Assembly: GCA_013416795.1 (NCBI GenBank)
Contig: RQSC01000858.1
Coordinates: forward strand, 1 to 64,000
Reading direction: 5' to 3'
Origin: Prasinococcaceae sp. CCMP 1430
Lineage: Eukaryota > Plantae > Prasinodermophyta
DNA: 64,000 nt
This document shows, piece after piece, positions 31,534 through 42,241 of this stretch. The notes beneath the pieces were generated by a model. That model did no database searches and had not been told where the DNA came from. It was given only the letters and a program-made list of their open reading frames with translations. The first letter of the stretch is position 1. Each line of letters starts with the position of its first letter. Position numbers and translations under genes: made by a program.

Positions 31534-32365
31534 TTATCGCCGCTTCCGCCCGCCCTGCGTGCCGCGGGCTGCTATGTCGCCGAGCGACTGCGCGGTGCGA
31601 GCAGACCGGGGCGACGTCAGCGCAACACGGGCGCACACGCCGCGGGCGGCTCCCAGCCACGAGAGGGCGTGGCCGCGCGATCGCGCGCACGCACCATACC
31701 AAGCTTGTCCTTGACGCTCAGCGCGGGCTTGCTCGTTCCCTCGCCGCGCAACCTGCGCGCCAGCTTGAGGGGAGCGTCAGGCTTGGCGACGCGCGTGGAG
31801 GGCGGCAGGACGGGCGCCCTCCTGTGCGCTGCCGCGCCCGTGCCCAGGCGGTCGCGGATGCCGCCGCCCTTGGCCTTGCCCTCGGCCTTGCCCTTGGCCT
31901 TGCCCTCGGCCTTGGCCTTGCCCTTGGCCCTCCCTTTCGCCGCTCGCCCCTGCGCTCGTTTGTGCTTCTCCGCCTCCCTCACGAGCGCGTCGACGTCCTG
32001 CCCGGACCTCTCCAGCGTCTCGCGCTCTTCGAGCGGGGCCGCACGCCGCGCGGCGGCGGTCAGCGCGGTGGCGGCGCGATGGCAGCAACCCGCTCGCGCG
32101 CGCCTGCGCGCGCACCTTTGTCGCTCAAGCCGCCCGCGTCCATCTTGCGTCGCACCATGCTGAGCAGCGCCTCGTGTTTGTTCGTGACGATGTATCGGTC
32201 GTCGTTCTGCACGCGCCGCGCGGTGAAGTTGGGGTTGCGCGGGTCGAACACTGGCAGCACGCCAGCCGCAGCGGGCGCGGCGGGCGCGGGCGCCGCCCTA
32301 TGCACTGCGGCGAGTGACACGACCTTGCGATCGCGCGCGCCCGCCGCAGCGGCGAACGCGCTCAT
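31534..32365 (-). CDS. Small basic protein (211 aa) with a C-terminal ALYREF-like UAP56-binding motif, 3 exons (32365-32116, 32026-31695, 31587-31534)
   Basis: Both introns have GTGCGY donors and GCTGAC branch points. The exons total 636 nt, in frame. The product ends SVKDKLGM|SLGDIAARGTQGGRKRR*. The first acceptor is AAG. Confidence 0.6.
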
Positions 32366-34025
32366 ATGCGGCTCGCCGGCAAGCGGCGTTGATGGGCGGA
32401 CCGGCCGCGAGCGCGTGGCCGCCTCGGCAGTCGTCATTGGCGACGGCCTGGCCGTGGGTCCGGCCGCGTTCGCGCAGGCGGTCGAAGGCGCGTGCGCCGC
32501 GGGTGGTGAGGTGCGAGTGGAGGTGCTGGTGTCCGGCAGAGCTGCCGAAGACCGATGGCTGCCCGCGTGCATTGTTGGCACCGTGGCCGTTCCTGCATCA
32601 GCGCGAGCTGCACGCGCGTGCACCGCCCACGCCAGTGCGCAACGCGTGCGCTTCGGCTGGGTGGGCGCTGACGGTGGAATCGATGGGAAAGCGCCGCCGC
32701 TGTCGGCAGAGGGTGTCACGTCGCTGTGCGTGCTCACCTTTAGTGCTGCGAATGCGCGTATAGCCGACGATTATGCCCTTCATGCCACGTTGGTGGCGGG
32801 GCAACGGCTCGCGCTTGTCGCGAGCCCATTCGCCTCTGTATCGAGTGCGACGGCAGCGCGCTTCCATCTGTCCGCGGGAGTGATGGCGACCGTATCAGAC
32901 CCGCACGATGGCAAGACCGCGCTCGCGCTGCTGGACACGCCCGCGTTGCCCGGCGCACAAGGCGCCCCGGCTGTGGACGCTGCGACGGGGGCACTCGCAG
33001 GCGTCGTCGCGGCAGCACCGCTGCAGCACGTGGCAGCCGGTGCAGAAACGCTCATGCTGCTGCCCGCCGAGGAGGTGCTTAAGGCAGCTCATGAGGTCGT
33101 GCCCAGGCTTGCCGCTGGCGAGGCGCGGCGAACGGTGACCGAGGCGCGCGATCCGCGCGGGACCGCCCGCGCCGAGCACCCGCAGCCCGCGTGGGCGCGC
33201 ATGGCCGCGCGTGCCGTGCATCGCGCGTGCCTCGACGACGGGAGGTGGGGAACGGCGGTGGCTCTCAGCAGCGGGCGCCACTTTACGCTGCCAGCTCATC
33301 TTTTTGGCGACCACGTTGGCGTTCGCCGCGCCGCACGGCAGGGGGCACGTCTGTGGGTGGAAGAATGCGCGGGCAGTGGTTCGACGCACTCGCGCGCTCG
33401 GCGGCGAGCGAGACTTGTTCGCGCATATCCTCATCTGGATTTGGCTCTTGGCGAGCTCGAGGCAGGCGAGCCGGCGCTGCCGCTGCTCCTTACACTCGGT
33501 CGCGGGGGCGTGGGCGCGCGCAGTGGCATTCGGCTCGCTGCCGGCACCGAGCTGCGCGCAGGCGCGCCAGTCGCGATCGCGGGCTATCCGCTCCTGCCAC
33601 ATGAGCGCGAAACAGCTTTTACGCGCGGCGAGCTGAGCGTCGTGTGCGGCCGCGGCGGCGGTGACAGTAAGTGGGGCGACGGCACGGTGGGCACCAGCGC
33701 GCGTCTCTTCGAAGGTGGTAGCGGTGGCGCGGTTCTGTTGGTCCCAGACGAAGAGCCGCCAGCACCCGCGCGCTCGCGTCCGTGTGGTGAGGCGGACGCC
33801 GAGTGCGCCGTCGCCCTTGTCGGCATCGCCCTCGGCAACATCACGCACGAACGACGCGGACACGAGCCCTGCTGCAACTGGGCGGCGGGCCCTGCGCTCA
33901 TTCGTCCGCTGGCTGAGCTGGTCGACCCCTGGGCGACATCAGCTGCGCGCCGGCGCGCCGGCGCTGAGTTGAGCAGGCGCGAGGCTATCGCCGCGCGGAA
34001 CACGGGGCCGTACTCGAGGCTCTGA
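32079..34025 (+). CDS. DEG15: Peroxisomal trypsin-like processing protease DEG15/TYSND1-like; start uncertain
   Basis: Catalytic triad contexts LPAHLF, HLDLAL and EGGSGGAVL. C-terminal PTS1 SRL*. Confidence 0.78.
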   Translation: MAATRSRAPARAPLSLKPPASILRRTMLSSASCLFVTMYRSSFCTRRAVKLGLRGSNTGSTPAAAGAAGAGAALCTAASDTTLRSRAPAAAANALICGSPASGVDGRTGRERVAASAVVIGDGLAVGPAAFAQAVEGACAAGGEVRVEVLVSGRAAEDRWLPACIVGTVAVPASARAARACTAHASAQRVRFGWVGADGGIDGKAPPLSAEGVTSLCVLTFSAANARIADDYALHATLVAGQRLALVASPFASVSSATAARFHLSAGVMATVSDPHDGKTALALLDTPALPGAQGAPAVDAATGALAGVVAAAPLQHVAAGAETLMLLPAEEVLKAAHEVVPRLAAGEARRTVTEARDPRGTARAEHPQPAWARMAARAVHRACLDDGRWGTAVALSSGRHFTLPAHLFGDHVGVRRAARQGARLWVEECAGSGSTHSRARRRARLVRAYPHLDLALGELEAGEPALPLLLTLGRGGVGARSGIRLAAGTELRAGAPVAIAGYPLLPHERETAFTRGELSVVCGRGGGDSKWGDGTVGTSARLFEGGSGGAVLLVPDEEPPAPARSRPCGEADAECAVALVGIALGNITHERRGHEPCCNWAAGPALIRPLAELVDPWATSAARRRAGAELSRREAIAARNTGPYSRL

Positions 34026-34187
34026 GTCGTGAACAGCATGGAAATGTGCGCACGTGGCAGGTGCTTTCCTTCTTACAGGCGCGGATGTCGCGTATGTGTG
34101 CAGGCGCTTGATTTCACTTCCTCTTCCCCCTCACATGTGTGATTTGATGGTGGCTTGTGTCATTAGTTCACGCTGCAGCGAGCGTGT

Positions 34188-36759
34188 TTAGGCAGCGAAC
34201 GCGCCCTCCTCCGTGACGGCAGTGTGCGTGTCGAGGAAGAGCAGGTCCTTGTAGGTGGCGAGCGTCCAGAGCTCGTCCTTGCACACGGCCTCAGCGGCGT
34301 CGCAGAGCTCGCGGACGGCGGCCATCTCACCGAAGCGCGCCTCGTAGGCCATCTTGGCGGCCTTGGGCAGGTCGGTCTCCGCGAGGGCGGTGATCTCGTG
34401 CGCCTTCTTCGTGAGAGTCTCGGCGGCGGCGGTGAGCTCCTTGGTGGTGGAGGCGTCGCACGAGGGCGCGGCGTCGCAGCACGGCAGGATGTGCTGCAGG
34501 ATCATGTCCTTGAGCGTAAGGAGCTCCATGTCAACCACCCCGATGTAGTGCTCGAGCATGATTGCCTTGCGCGCCTCGCACTCCTCGCCGGAGAACACGC
34601 CCATGCTCGAGAAGAACTCGACGTTCTTCTTCGAGTCCAGCTCGCAGATGGCGTCGACGCCCGCGTCGATGCGCCAGATGTCCTGCTTGACAGCCTTGTC
34701 GGGCCACTCCGGGTCGTAGCCGTTGCCGTTGAACACGCACTTCATGTGCTTCTTGAGCAGCTCCTGCGCGACGGCCTTGGCGTCCTCGCCGGCCTCCACG
34801 CGGTCGGCAATCACCTTCATGCCCTCGGCGGTCATCGTGTTCAGGGTCGTGTTGATCATCGACACGTTCTGCGACGAGCCCGCGGCGCGGAACTCGAAGC
34901 GGTTGCCGCCGTAGGGGAAGGGGGACGTGCGGTTGCGGTCCTCCGCCGGGATGGCCATCGGCGCGATCGAGTCGACGCCGAAGGGGAGCTCCATCTTCGC
35001 GGGCGTGTAGCCCTCGACATCCTCGCCCGCCGCGTACTTGGTGAGGAAGTCAGTGAGCGCGGGGCCCAGGTAGGTCGACATGACCGCCGGCGGCGCCTCC
35101 ATGGCACCCAGGCGGAAGTCGTTGCCCGGCGAGGCGATCGCCAGGCGCATCAGGTCGCCGTACATGTCCACGCCACGCACGACGGCGGCCATGACGACGG
35201 GGAACAGGTCGGCGTTCCCGGTCGTCTCCAGCACCTGCTTGGGGTTGAGCAGCTGCATGCCCTCCTTGGTGGCGAAGCTCCAGTTGTTGTGCTTGCCCGA
35301 GCCGTTGATGCCCGCGAAAGGCTTCTCCTGCAGCAGCGCCGCGAGGCCATACTGGGCGGCAGTCTCCTCGATGATCTGCATCACGACCAGGTTCTGGTCA
35401 GTCTGCACGCGGCAGTCGCCGAAGAGCGGCGCGAACTCGTACTGGTTGGGGGCGACCTCACGGTGGCGAGTCTTGAGGGGAATGCCAACCTTGTAGCACT
35501 CCTGCTGGATGGCCTGCATGCACTGCAGCACGGCCGTCGAGGACGTGAGCGGCGCCATGTAATGGTCGCACATCTCCTGGCCGCGCGCGGGCGTCTTGCC
35601 AATCAGCGTGCGGCCCACGAACTGCAGGTCGGGGCGCGTGTAGTAGGCGTCGCGCGGGACGAGGAAGATCTCCTGCTCGAGGCCGATGTTCGCGATGATG
35701 CCCGAGCACTCCACGCCCATCGCCTTCAGCAGGCGCGCGCCCTCCGTGGAGAGCGCCTCGCAGCTGCGGTGCAGCGGCGTCTTCTCATCGAGCGCCTGGC
35801 CGGTGTACGCCATGAAGGCACTCGGGATGAACATGACATCCTCGCGGCAGAAGGGCGGCGAGAGGGGGTCGACCGCCAGGTAGCCACCGGCGGTGTGCGT
35901 CGCGCGCAGGCCGCCGTTCGGGTACGAGGAGCCATCGGTCTCGCCAGTCAGGAGGTCGCCCTGCGCGTGATGCACGCACGTGCGCGCGGAGTCAGCTCCG
36001 TGCCTCCGCGTCGGCGAGCGAGCGGGCGGGGCAGCGGGCGGGCGGGCCTCCGGGTGGAACGTGGCAGGCTCCAACGTGCGCGCAGGAAGCGCCCGCGATC
36101 GCGCGCGGGCAAGCACGCGCACGCACCGCGTCGAACTCCCAGGAGGGCGTGCCGTCCGCGGCGAAGTTGAGCATGGAGATCTGCACGCCCGCGGCGTTGC
36201 CGTGGCGCACGCCGGTGCTGCCGAGCGGCTGGAACCAGTGGCAGTACGACGTCGCGCCCCGGTCGACGGCCCAGTCGCGCATCGCGGCGGCAACCACTTG
36301 CAGGCATCAATGCAGTGCGCGCGCGTCAGTGCCGGGCACGGCAGCAGCCCGCACAGCGCCAGACCGGCGCGCGAGCAAAACGGCGCGTCGCCTCAGAGGG
36401 CGCCGCCGCGGAAGAGGGGGGGGGAGGGCCAGCACGCGGGCTTGCGTCCGCAATGGCGATCGCGATCGCGATGGCGATCGCGATCGCAATGGCGATCGCG
36501 ATGACGCGCTCTCGCTGATGCGTGGCGGGCTCGTCTGCAAACGGGACGCCGCGCCCTCTCTCCCCCCCAACCCCCCCGCGCACACACGCGCGCTTGCACA
36601 CACGCCACAACGCAAACCCCTTTCCCCCTCCCTCACCTCGGCCTTGGCCTCGTCCTTGGTCCAGTCGGGGTTGTCGAGGATCGCGCTGGTGGCGCCGTGC
36701 TTCTTCAGGTACTTGTCGGCGACGGCGCCCTTGAAGACGTTCTGGCCGTACTCGGACAT
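34188..36759 (-). CDS. glnN: Glutamine synthetase type III, 3 exons (36759-36637, ~36297-36127, 35960-34188)
   Basis: YCHWFQP, GETDGSSYPNGGLRATHTAGGY, GLEQEIFL, RHREVAPNQYE, EKPFAGINGSGKHNNWS, DFRLGAMEAPP, DRNRTSPFPYGGNRFEFRA. The first acceptor is anomalous (see findings). Confidence 0.93.
36450..36503. repeat. Nine-unit GCRATS hexamer array in GSIII intron 1
   Basis: GCAATG GCGATC GCGATC GCGATG GCGATC GCGATC GCAATG GCGATC GCGATG. Confidence 0.9.
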
Positions 36760-36837
36760 GTCGACCGTCGCGGCCGCGCGCGCGGCGACGCGGCGACCGC
36801 GGCGACCGCGGCGCTTTGCGCGCAAGTCCGGCGTGCC

Positions 36838-38226
36838 ATGCCGCAGCCCGAGGGCGACGTGACGCCCGAGAGGCTGGAGCAGCTGCCGCAGCAGCAGAGG
36901 CTGCAGCGCGAGCAGCACGACGAGGAGGGCGGCGTTGCTCCCCCTGCGGATGCAAGCACGGGCGCGGCCAGCGCGTGGGCGAGCGCTCGGCAGGAGACGT
37001 CGGTGGCCGAGGGCGCGCGGGATGCCGCCTCGGAGGGCGGACGGCAGTCCGATCCCCCCGCGCTCCAGCCAATGCCCTCGCCAGCGCCGGCTGAGCTCGG
37101 CGTCGAAAGCTCGCTAGACGCACGGCCCGACGGGCCGCTGCTCCCCCCTCCGGGTGCCGAGTGCCGCATTTGCGCGGGCGAGGAGCTGCCGCTGGTATCG
37201 CCGTGCGGCTGCACAGGGACGTCGAGGTGGGTACACCCGGCGTGCCTTTCAAGGTGAGGAACACCAAGGCTGCTGCCGTGCACGGTCCCAACGCACGCTT
37301 GCGTAGATGCAGATGCGCGCGCGCGCCCACGCGGCGCTCGGGGCGAGCGCATGTTTGCTGACTCCGGCCCCGCGTTTCGCTACAGGTGGGTTGATGAGCG
37401 ACGCTCTGCGGTGACGTCGGCAAACCACCCCAGCATCGCCGCGCGAGCGCAGGCAGTGGCAGCGTGCGCGCGCTGTGAAGTCTGCCTGAAGGACTACGTG
37501 GATGCGACTTGCTCCGAAGAACTGGCCGACTCGCTCGCGCGCGTTCGCTCTTCTGCGGCGGCGCTTGCGCACAGCGCGGAGGATGCGCTTGGCGCGGACT
37601 TGCATGGCATCGACGAGATCGCCGAGACAATGTCCACAGCGCTCCAGCGCTTCTTCCTGAGCAGCGCCGTGGCCAACGAGGATGGGAACGAGGAATCTGG
37701 TGGTGCAGGAGCAGCGGCCGAGCGAGGAGCCAGCGGATTGACCATCAACCGGCTCGCGCGGCTCGCAGCGGAGCTCGAGCTCGCGCAGCGCCGCTACGAC
37801 GTGCGACAGGCCAGGCTGCAAGCACTCTCCCGATCGGTGCGCGTGCTGAGCGCCACAGCACTCTTCCTCATCGCATCCATGTCGCTGTTCGGTGCCGGCC
37901 GCAGCCAGCTCCACAGATACGCCCTGCTCCTCCTTGGGGCTGCTCTGATAGGTATACTGGCTTTCCGGGTTGTGGCGCTCGTACGAGCACGGCGGGAATC
38001 AGAGGACGCGGCTGTCAGTGCTGGGCGAGCGGGAGTGGCGCTGCACCTTGCACTCGCGAGGCAGCCGCACTACCGTGATGGCCTCGTGACGGCACTCGCG
38101 CGCGCGCGGTCGCGGCTCGAAGTTGCGCACGTCAACAGCCTGGGGCAAGGCGCACACGCTCCGCGCAACCGCGCAGTGTACCCGCGGACCGTTCCCGTGG
38201 TGGTAGTGGCGGGCGCGCCGCGATGA
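36838..38226 (+). CDS. RING-CH (RINGv/MARCH-type) E3 ligase with two TM helices, 2 exons (36838-37253, 37386-38226)
   Basis: CRIC..LVSPCGCTGTSRWVHPACLSR|WV...CEVC, followed by two hydrophobic segments. Confidence 0.78.
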
Positions 38227-38334
38227 GTAGGCGCACCGGAGCCTCTCTAGCACAGGACTAGCTGTAGACTGATACATCATTATTTCCACTCGCAACGAGG
38301 CTCTTATCCAGCACGCGCTTGCCTTGGCGCTACA

Positions 38335-40728
38335 TCAGTCAGAGTCAGACCCGTGCCCATCGCCACCGGTGGCACGCCCAGGCGCTGCCCTCACGGCACG
38401 CACGACGACGGCAACGTCTGCAGTCATATTGGCTTGGCCACCAACGGCGGCGGCGGCCACCGGCGCGGCATGCACGCTCCCGCCGAGGGCACGCTCGACG
38501 GCCGCTGCCGTGGCCGCAGCGGCAGCCCAATCGCCCACTGCATACACGCGCAGGCACATCACATCCGCGGGAGACAGCTCGGCCGCCTGCAGCGCGTCGC
38601 AAAGCGCGTGCGCTGCGTGTTCGCCCATCTGCGCGTGCGAAGCGCCGCTCGGCGGCGGCGCAGCGGCGGTTGCTACGCTGCGGAGCGACGCCAGCCGGCC
38701 GGGTACGTACGCGCCTCGGCAGTCGACGTCAACGTCCACGTGCGCGTGCGCCCTCGCGGCGTCCCTTGCAGTCGCAGGCGGAGACATGCCGCCGATGTCC
38801 CTCGGGGACTTTGGTGGCATTTGCGGTGGAGGCGTTCGCCACGCCCAGTCCCGCACGCGCAGGTGCATATCGTCCTCGGCGAGCCACTGCGCTGCCACTG
38901 GGGTGATTTCCACCAGCGCACCCTTCGGCAGCACGGACAACGCCACGAATGTGGTCGCTGGCCACCACTCCCTGTGGCTGCCGTACAAGGGGGGGTGGCG
39001 GACTGCACCCACCCCGTCCCCCCACCCAAACGGACCGGGGCCCGGTCGCCTCGCCTCGGCTTCACCGAAGCACAGAGCAGCCAGCGCAGCGCCGCCCTCA
39101 TCCGCGCAAGCGCGCGCGTCGTCACCCCGCGCGGCAGATACGTACACGCAACACTCGGTCATGCATCGATGCAATGGAGCGCCGACGCGCTCGGCCACCG
39201 CGCTCGCATTCGCTGCAGCGTGACGCGCCTGCAGCCTCGCCCCCTCGGCGAGCTCCATGCTGTGCGGAACGAGGCCAATCTGACCCGCAATGTGCCACAG
39301 CCCGTGCATTGCTGCTGCCTGTGCGTATGGCCCAATGCACGCTGCCGCCCAGTAGCTGACACTCTGCACGTGCAGCACCTCGCGTCCCTCGCGCGCGCCC
39401 ATGGCCGTGGTAACCTCTACCGCAGCGAGTGCACCCTCGGGGAGTGCCTTTGCCTGCACGCACGCTCGCGCGGGCGGGTTCTTGTGATTGATGTGCTCGA
39501 TGTATGCTTTGTTCGCCGTGGCAAACGCCCCCATGTCTGACAGGTACAGGTGCACATACACCGCGTCGCGCCAACCCAAGCCCTCCTTCGCGAGCGCCTC
39601 TCCGATGGCCACCAGCGCGGATCGTACCGAGTCCGCCACGTCCTCGGCAGTGTACTTCTGGACCGTGCCGCCCTCTCCACCACTGGCCAGGGCAGCGGTG
39701 GCCTCGCCGCCCGCACCCTTGCGGGGCGTGCCGCAGGCCTCAAATGAACGGAACTGTGCGTGGCCGGGCGCTCCGCGGGGCAGCGCATCAACCACAGCGA
39801 CCCCGCCCACACACACCTCGGAGAGCGACACGCCGCCGAGGTGAGCCGCTGCGGCGTCCGCGGCGCTCTCCGCGCCCTCCGTCTCGGGCTCGCGCTCGTC
39901 GGCGTCGACGCACACGACGATCGCATCGGCAGGCGCTGGCCGCGCGCTCTCCTTGGGCTCCACGCGCACCTTGGTGGGGATGAGGTGCGCGACGGGTGCA
40001 AACTTGTCCTTCTCGACGATCACGCGCTGTGTTTCGTCGAGCACCAACCTGGCGTGCGTAAAGAGCGCTGGAAGGTCGAGCGCGAGCGTCTCGTACTCGC
40101 CGCCCTCGCCGCAGGGATGACAGCCGTAGTCGCGGCCGAGCTCCTGCAGTTTGTCGCGCGCCTCGGTGAGAGTCTGACCCAGCATATCCAAAGTGATGCC
40201 GAACGCGGCGATCTTCACCAGCACGGCATGCAGGCCGCAGGTGACCATGTCGTCGAGCAGCTGTGGCTGCGGCCTCAGCCAGAGGTAGCATAGCACCGTC
40301 AGTCCGAGGCGTCCGCAAACGTCCTCCACCCTGAGCCGTTGGTAGTCGGAGGCGACGGCGCCCACGCTGACGGCGCGGATGTCAATACCTCGCGCGGCCT
40401 CGCGCCGCACGACGCTTCTGAGCAGCAGATAGAGGTCCTCCACCTCGTCGGCGCGCGCCTCGCCCTTCGCGCGCTCGTACTGGAGCGTCGTGACGCACGA
40501 GCCGCCCACGATGCCGCGCCTGTACATCGGCACGCCCACGCACGCGGGCAGCGCGTCGAGCGCGCCGTGCGCCACCGTCTGGTACATGTGCGAGTCAAGC
40601 TCCTGCGTTGCAGTGTTTGCTGGCCGCAGATTCGCCATGCACGCCAGCGTGTGCCCCGCGGCGGCGGCGTACGCCGCTGACAGCACCGAGTCCTTGCCGC
40701 CCGACACGAGCGCCACGAAGCGCACCAT
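38335..40728 (-). CDS. DPH6: Diphthine--ammonia ligase with C-terminal YjgF/RidA-like domains
   Basis: ALVSGGKDS, ELDSHMYQTV, DEVEDL, GAVASDYQRLRVE, PCGEGGEYET, then YjgF-like segments HVQSVSYWAAACIGPYAQA and LPKGALVEI. Confidence 0.92.
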   Translation of the reverse strand: MVRFVALVSGGKDSVLSAAYAAAAGHTLACMANLRPANTATQELDSHMYQTVAHGALDALPACVGVPMYRRGIVGGSCVTTLQYERAKGEARADEVEDLYLLLRSVVRREAARGIDIRAVSVGAVASDYQRLRVEDVCGRLGLTVLCYLWLRPQPQLLDDMVTCGLHAVLVKIAAFGITLDMLGQTLTEARDKLQELGRDYGCHPCGEGGEYETLALDLPALFTHARLVLDETQRVIVEKDKFAPVAHLIPTKVRVEPKESARPAPADAIVVCVDADEREPETEGAESAADAAAAHLGGVSLSEVCVGGVAVVDALPRGAPGHAQFRSFEACGTPRKGAGGEATAALASGGEGGTVQKYTAEDVADSVRSALVAIGEALAKEGLGWRDAVYVHLYLSDMGAFATANKAYIEHINHKNPPARACVQAKALPEGALAAVEVTTAMGAREGREVLHVQSVSYWAAACIGPYAQAAAMHGLWHIAGQIGLVPHSMELAEGARLQARHAAANASAVAERVGAPLHRCMTECCVYVSAARGDDARACADEGGAALAALCFGEAEARRPGPGPFGWGDGVGAVRHPPLYGSHREWWPATTFVALSVLPKGALVEITPVAAQWLAEDDMHLRVRDWAWRTPPPQMPPKSPRDIGGMSPPATARDAARAHAHVDVDVDCRGAYVPGRLASLRSVATAAAPPPSGASHAQMGEHAAHALCDALQAAELSPADVMCLRVYAVGDWAAAAATAAAVERALGGSVHAAPVAAAAVGGQANMTADVAVVVRAVRAAPGRATGGDGHGSDSD

Positions 40729-40798
40729 CGTCGTCGCGGCGGCCGCCGCTGCGCCGCTCCGCCCGCGCGTTTGCGAGCGCGGTGCCGGCGGGCAGGGA

Positions 40799-40883
40799 GG
40801 CGCTGGCGCTGCTGGCGCTGGCGCTGCTGGCGCTGGCGCTGCTGGCGCTGGCGCTGCTGGCGCTGGCGCTGCTGGCGCTGGCG
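40799..40883. repeat. 15-bp tandem repeat (GGCGCTGGCGCTGCT), ~5.6 copies, upstream of DPH6
   Basis: Read directly. Confidence 0.9.
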
Positions 40884-40990
40884 GCGGCGGCGGGGCGCGG
40901 CAGGGGTGTCGGAGACGTCAACTTGCGATTCGTTCATGCAGTGGTTGGGACTGCCGAGCCCAGGCTGTGCGCGACCAGGACCGGCCACAC

Positions 40991-42070
40991 TCAGGAGGCC
41001 ATCGGAGCCGCGCCGGCGCCCGGGTCGTAGGCCGAGGCAAGCCACGGGTGGGCGAGCGCCACCTCGGCCGTCCATCGCTTGGCGGTGTCGACGTTCATCA
41101 GCCCGCGCACGACCTCCTTCGCCGCGTCGGACACATCCGCCCACTCTGGCTCGTCCATCGAGTACTCCCCTCGCCGAATGCGGCTGAACAGCACAGCATC
41201 GTTGTCGTCCTCGAAGGGCGAGAAGCCGACGAGCAGCATGTACAGGATGACGCCCGCCGACCACATGTCGACCGCGGGCGTGTACGGCTGCTGCATCCCC
41301 GCGGCGATCGCCAGGATCTCCGGCGCCACGTACTGCGGCGAGCCGCACATTGTCTCCAACTGCTCCCCGCCGCCGAAGACCTTACTTAGGCCAAAGTCAC
41401 ACAACTTGATTAGGCGCTGCGGGGTCTTGTCGCTGAAGAGGATATTCTCGAGCTTCAAGTCCTGCACAGGCAGCGGCGAGGCGCACGTTTAGTGGGTGCG
41501 GGGGGCACGGAGAGGTGGGTGCGCGCAGGGCGACGCAAAGGGCGTGAGCGTCAGCATGGGATGTTCATCGCACGCAGCGTCCCTCCCGCGCGGGCGCCGC
41601 CGGCGGATTCGCCACCGGGCGCGCGCTAGGGCGTCCGCGCGAGCTGCGCCAGCAGACAACGGACTCACCCTGTGCACGATGCCGCAGCTGTGGAGGTACT
41701 GCACGCCCTTGAGGATTTGCTTGGTGATGCTCGCTGCCTCCGCCTCCGGGAAGCGTCCGCGCCTCACCAGCTCGGTGTGTAGCTCGCCGCCCTCGGCAAG
41801 CTCGCTCACCACTAGCACGTGGCGCGGCGTCACGTACACCTCATCCAGCCGCATGCAATTGCTGTGCATCACCGTCTGCAGCACGGCGACCTCGCGCGCT
41901 AGCGACTGGTCCCCCGGCTGATAGCGTGTCTTGTCGACCACCTTCACTGCGTGCATCACCCCCGTCGCCTTCTTCTTGCACATCTTCACGACAGCGAACC
42001 CGCCCATGCCGAGCGTCTTGCCCACCTCGAAGTCATCCTGGAACTCGCTGATCGACTGGCACACGCGCAT
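40991..42070 (-). CDS. CaMK-group Ser/Thr protein kinase without EF-hands, 2 exons (42070-41669, 41461-40991); extra 5' exon possible
   Basis: LGMGGFAVVK, AVKVVDK, ELAEGGEL, IVHR|DLKLENIL, DFGLSK, MCGSPQYVAPE, DMWSAGVILY, HPW. Confidence 0.88.
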
Positions 42071-42209
42071 CTCTGCCGGGCGGGGCGCCCGCGCGCGCTC
42101 CGATTAAGCGAATCGCGCCCCTTCCCCCCACCCCGAGTCACCCCTCCCCAGCCGCCGCGCGCAGCAGGCCCACCTTGGGATCGGCGGGCGAACAGGCCAG
42201 CAGGCGCGA

Positions 42210-42241
<32 letters not shown>

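Noticed and set aside
38335-40728. DPH6-YjgF fusion as a novel architecture
   Set aside because: This fusion is already known in fungal and plant DPH6 proteins.
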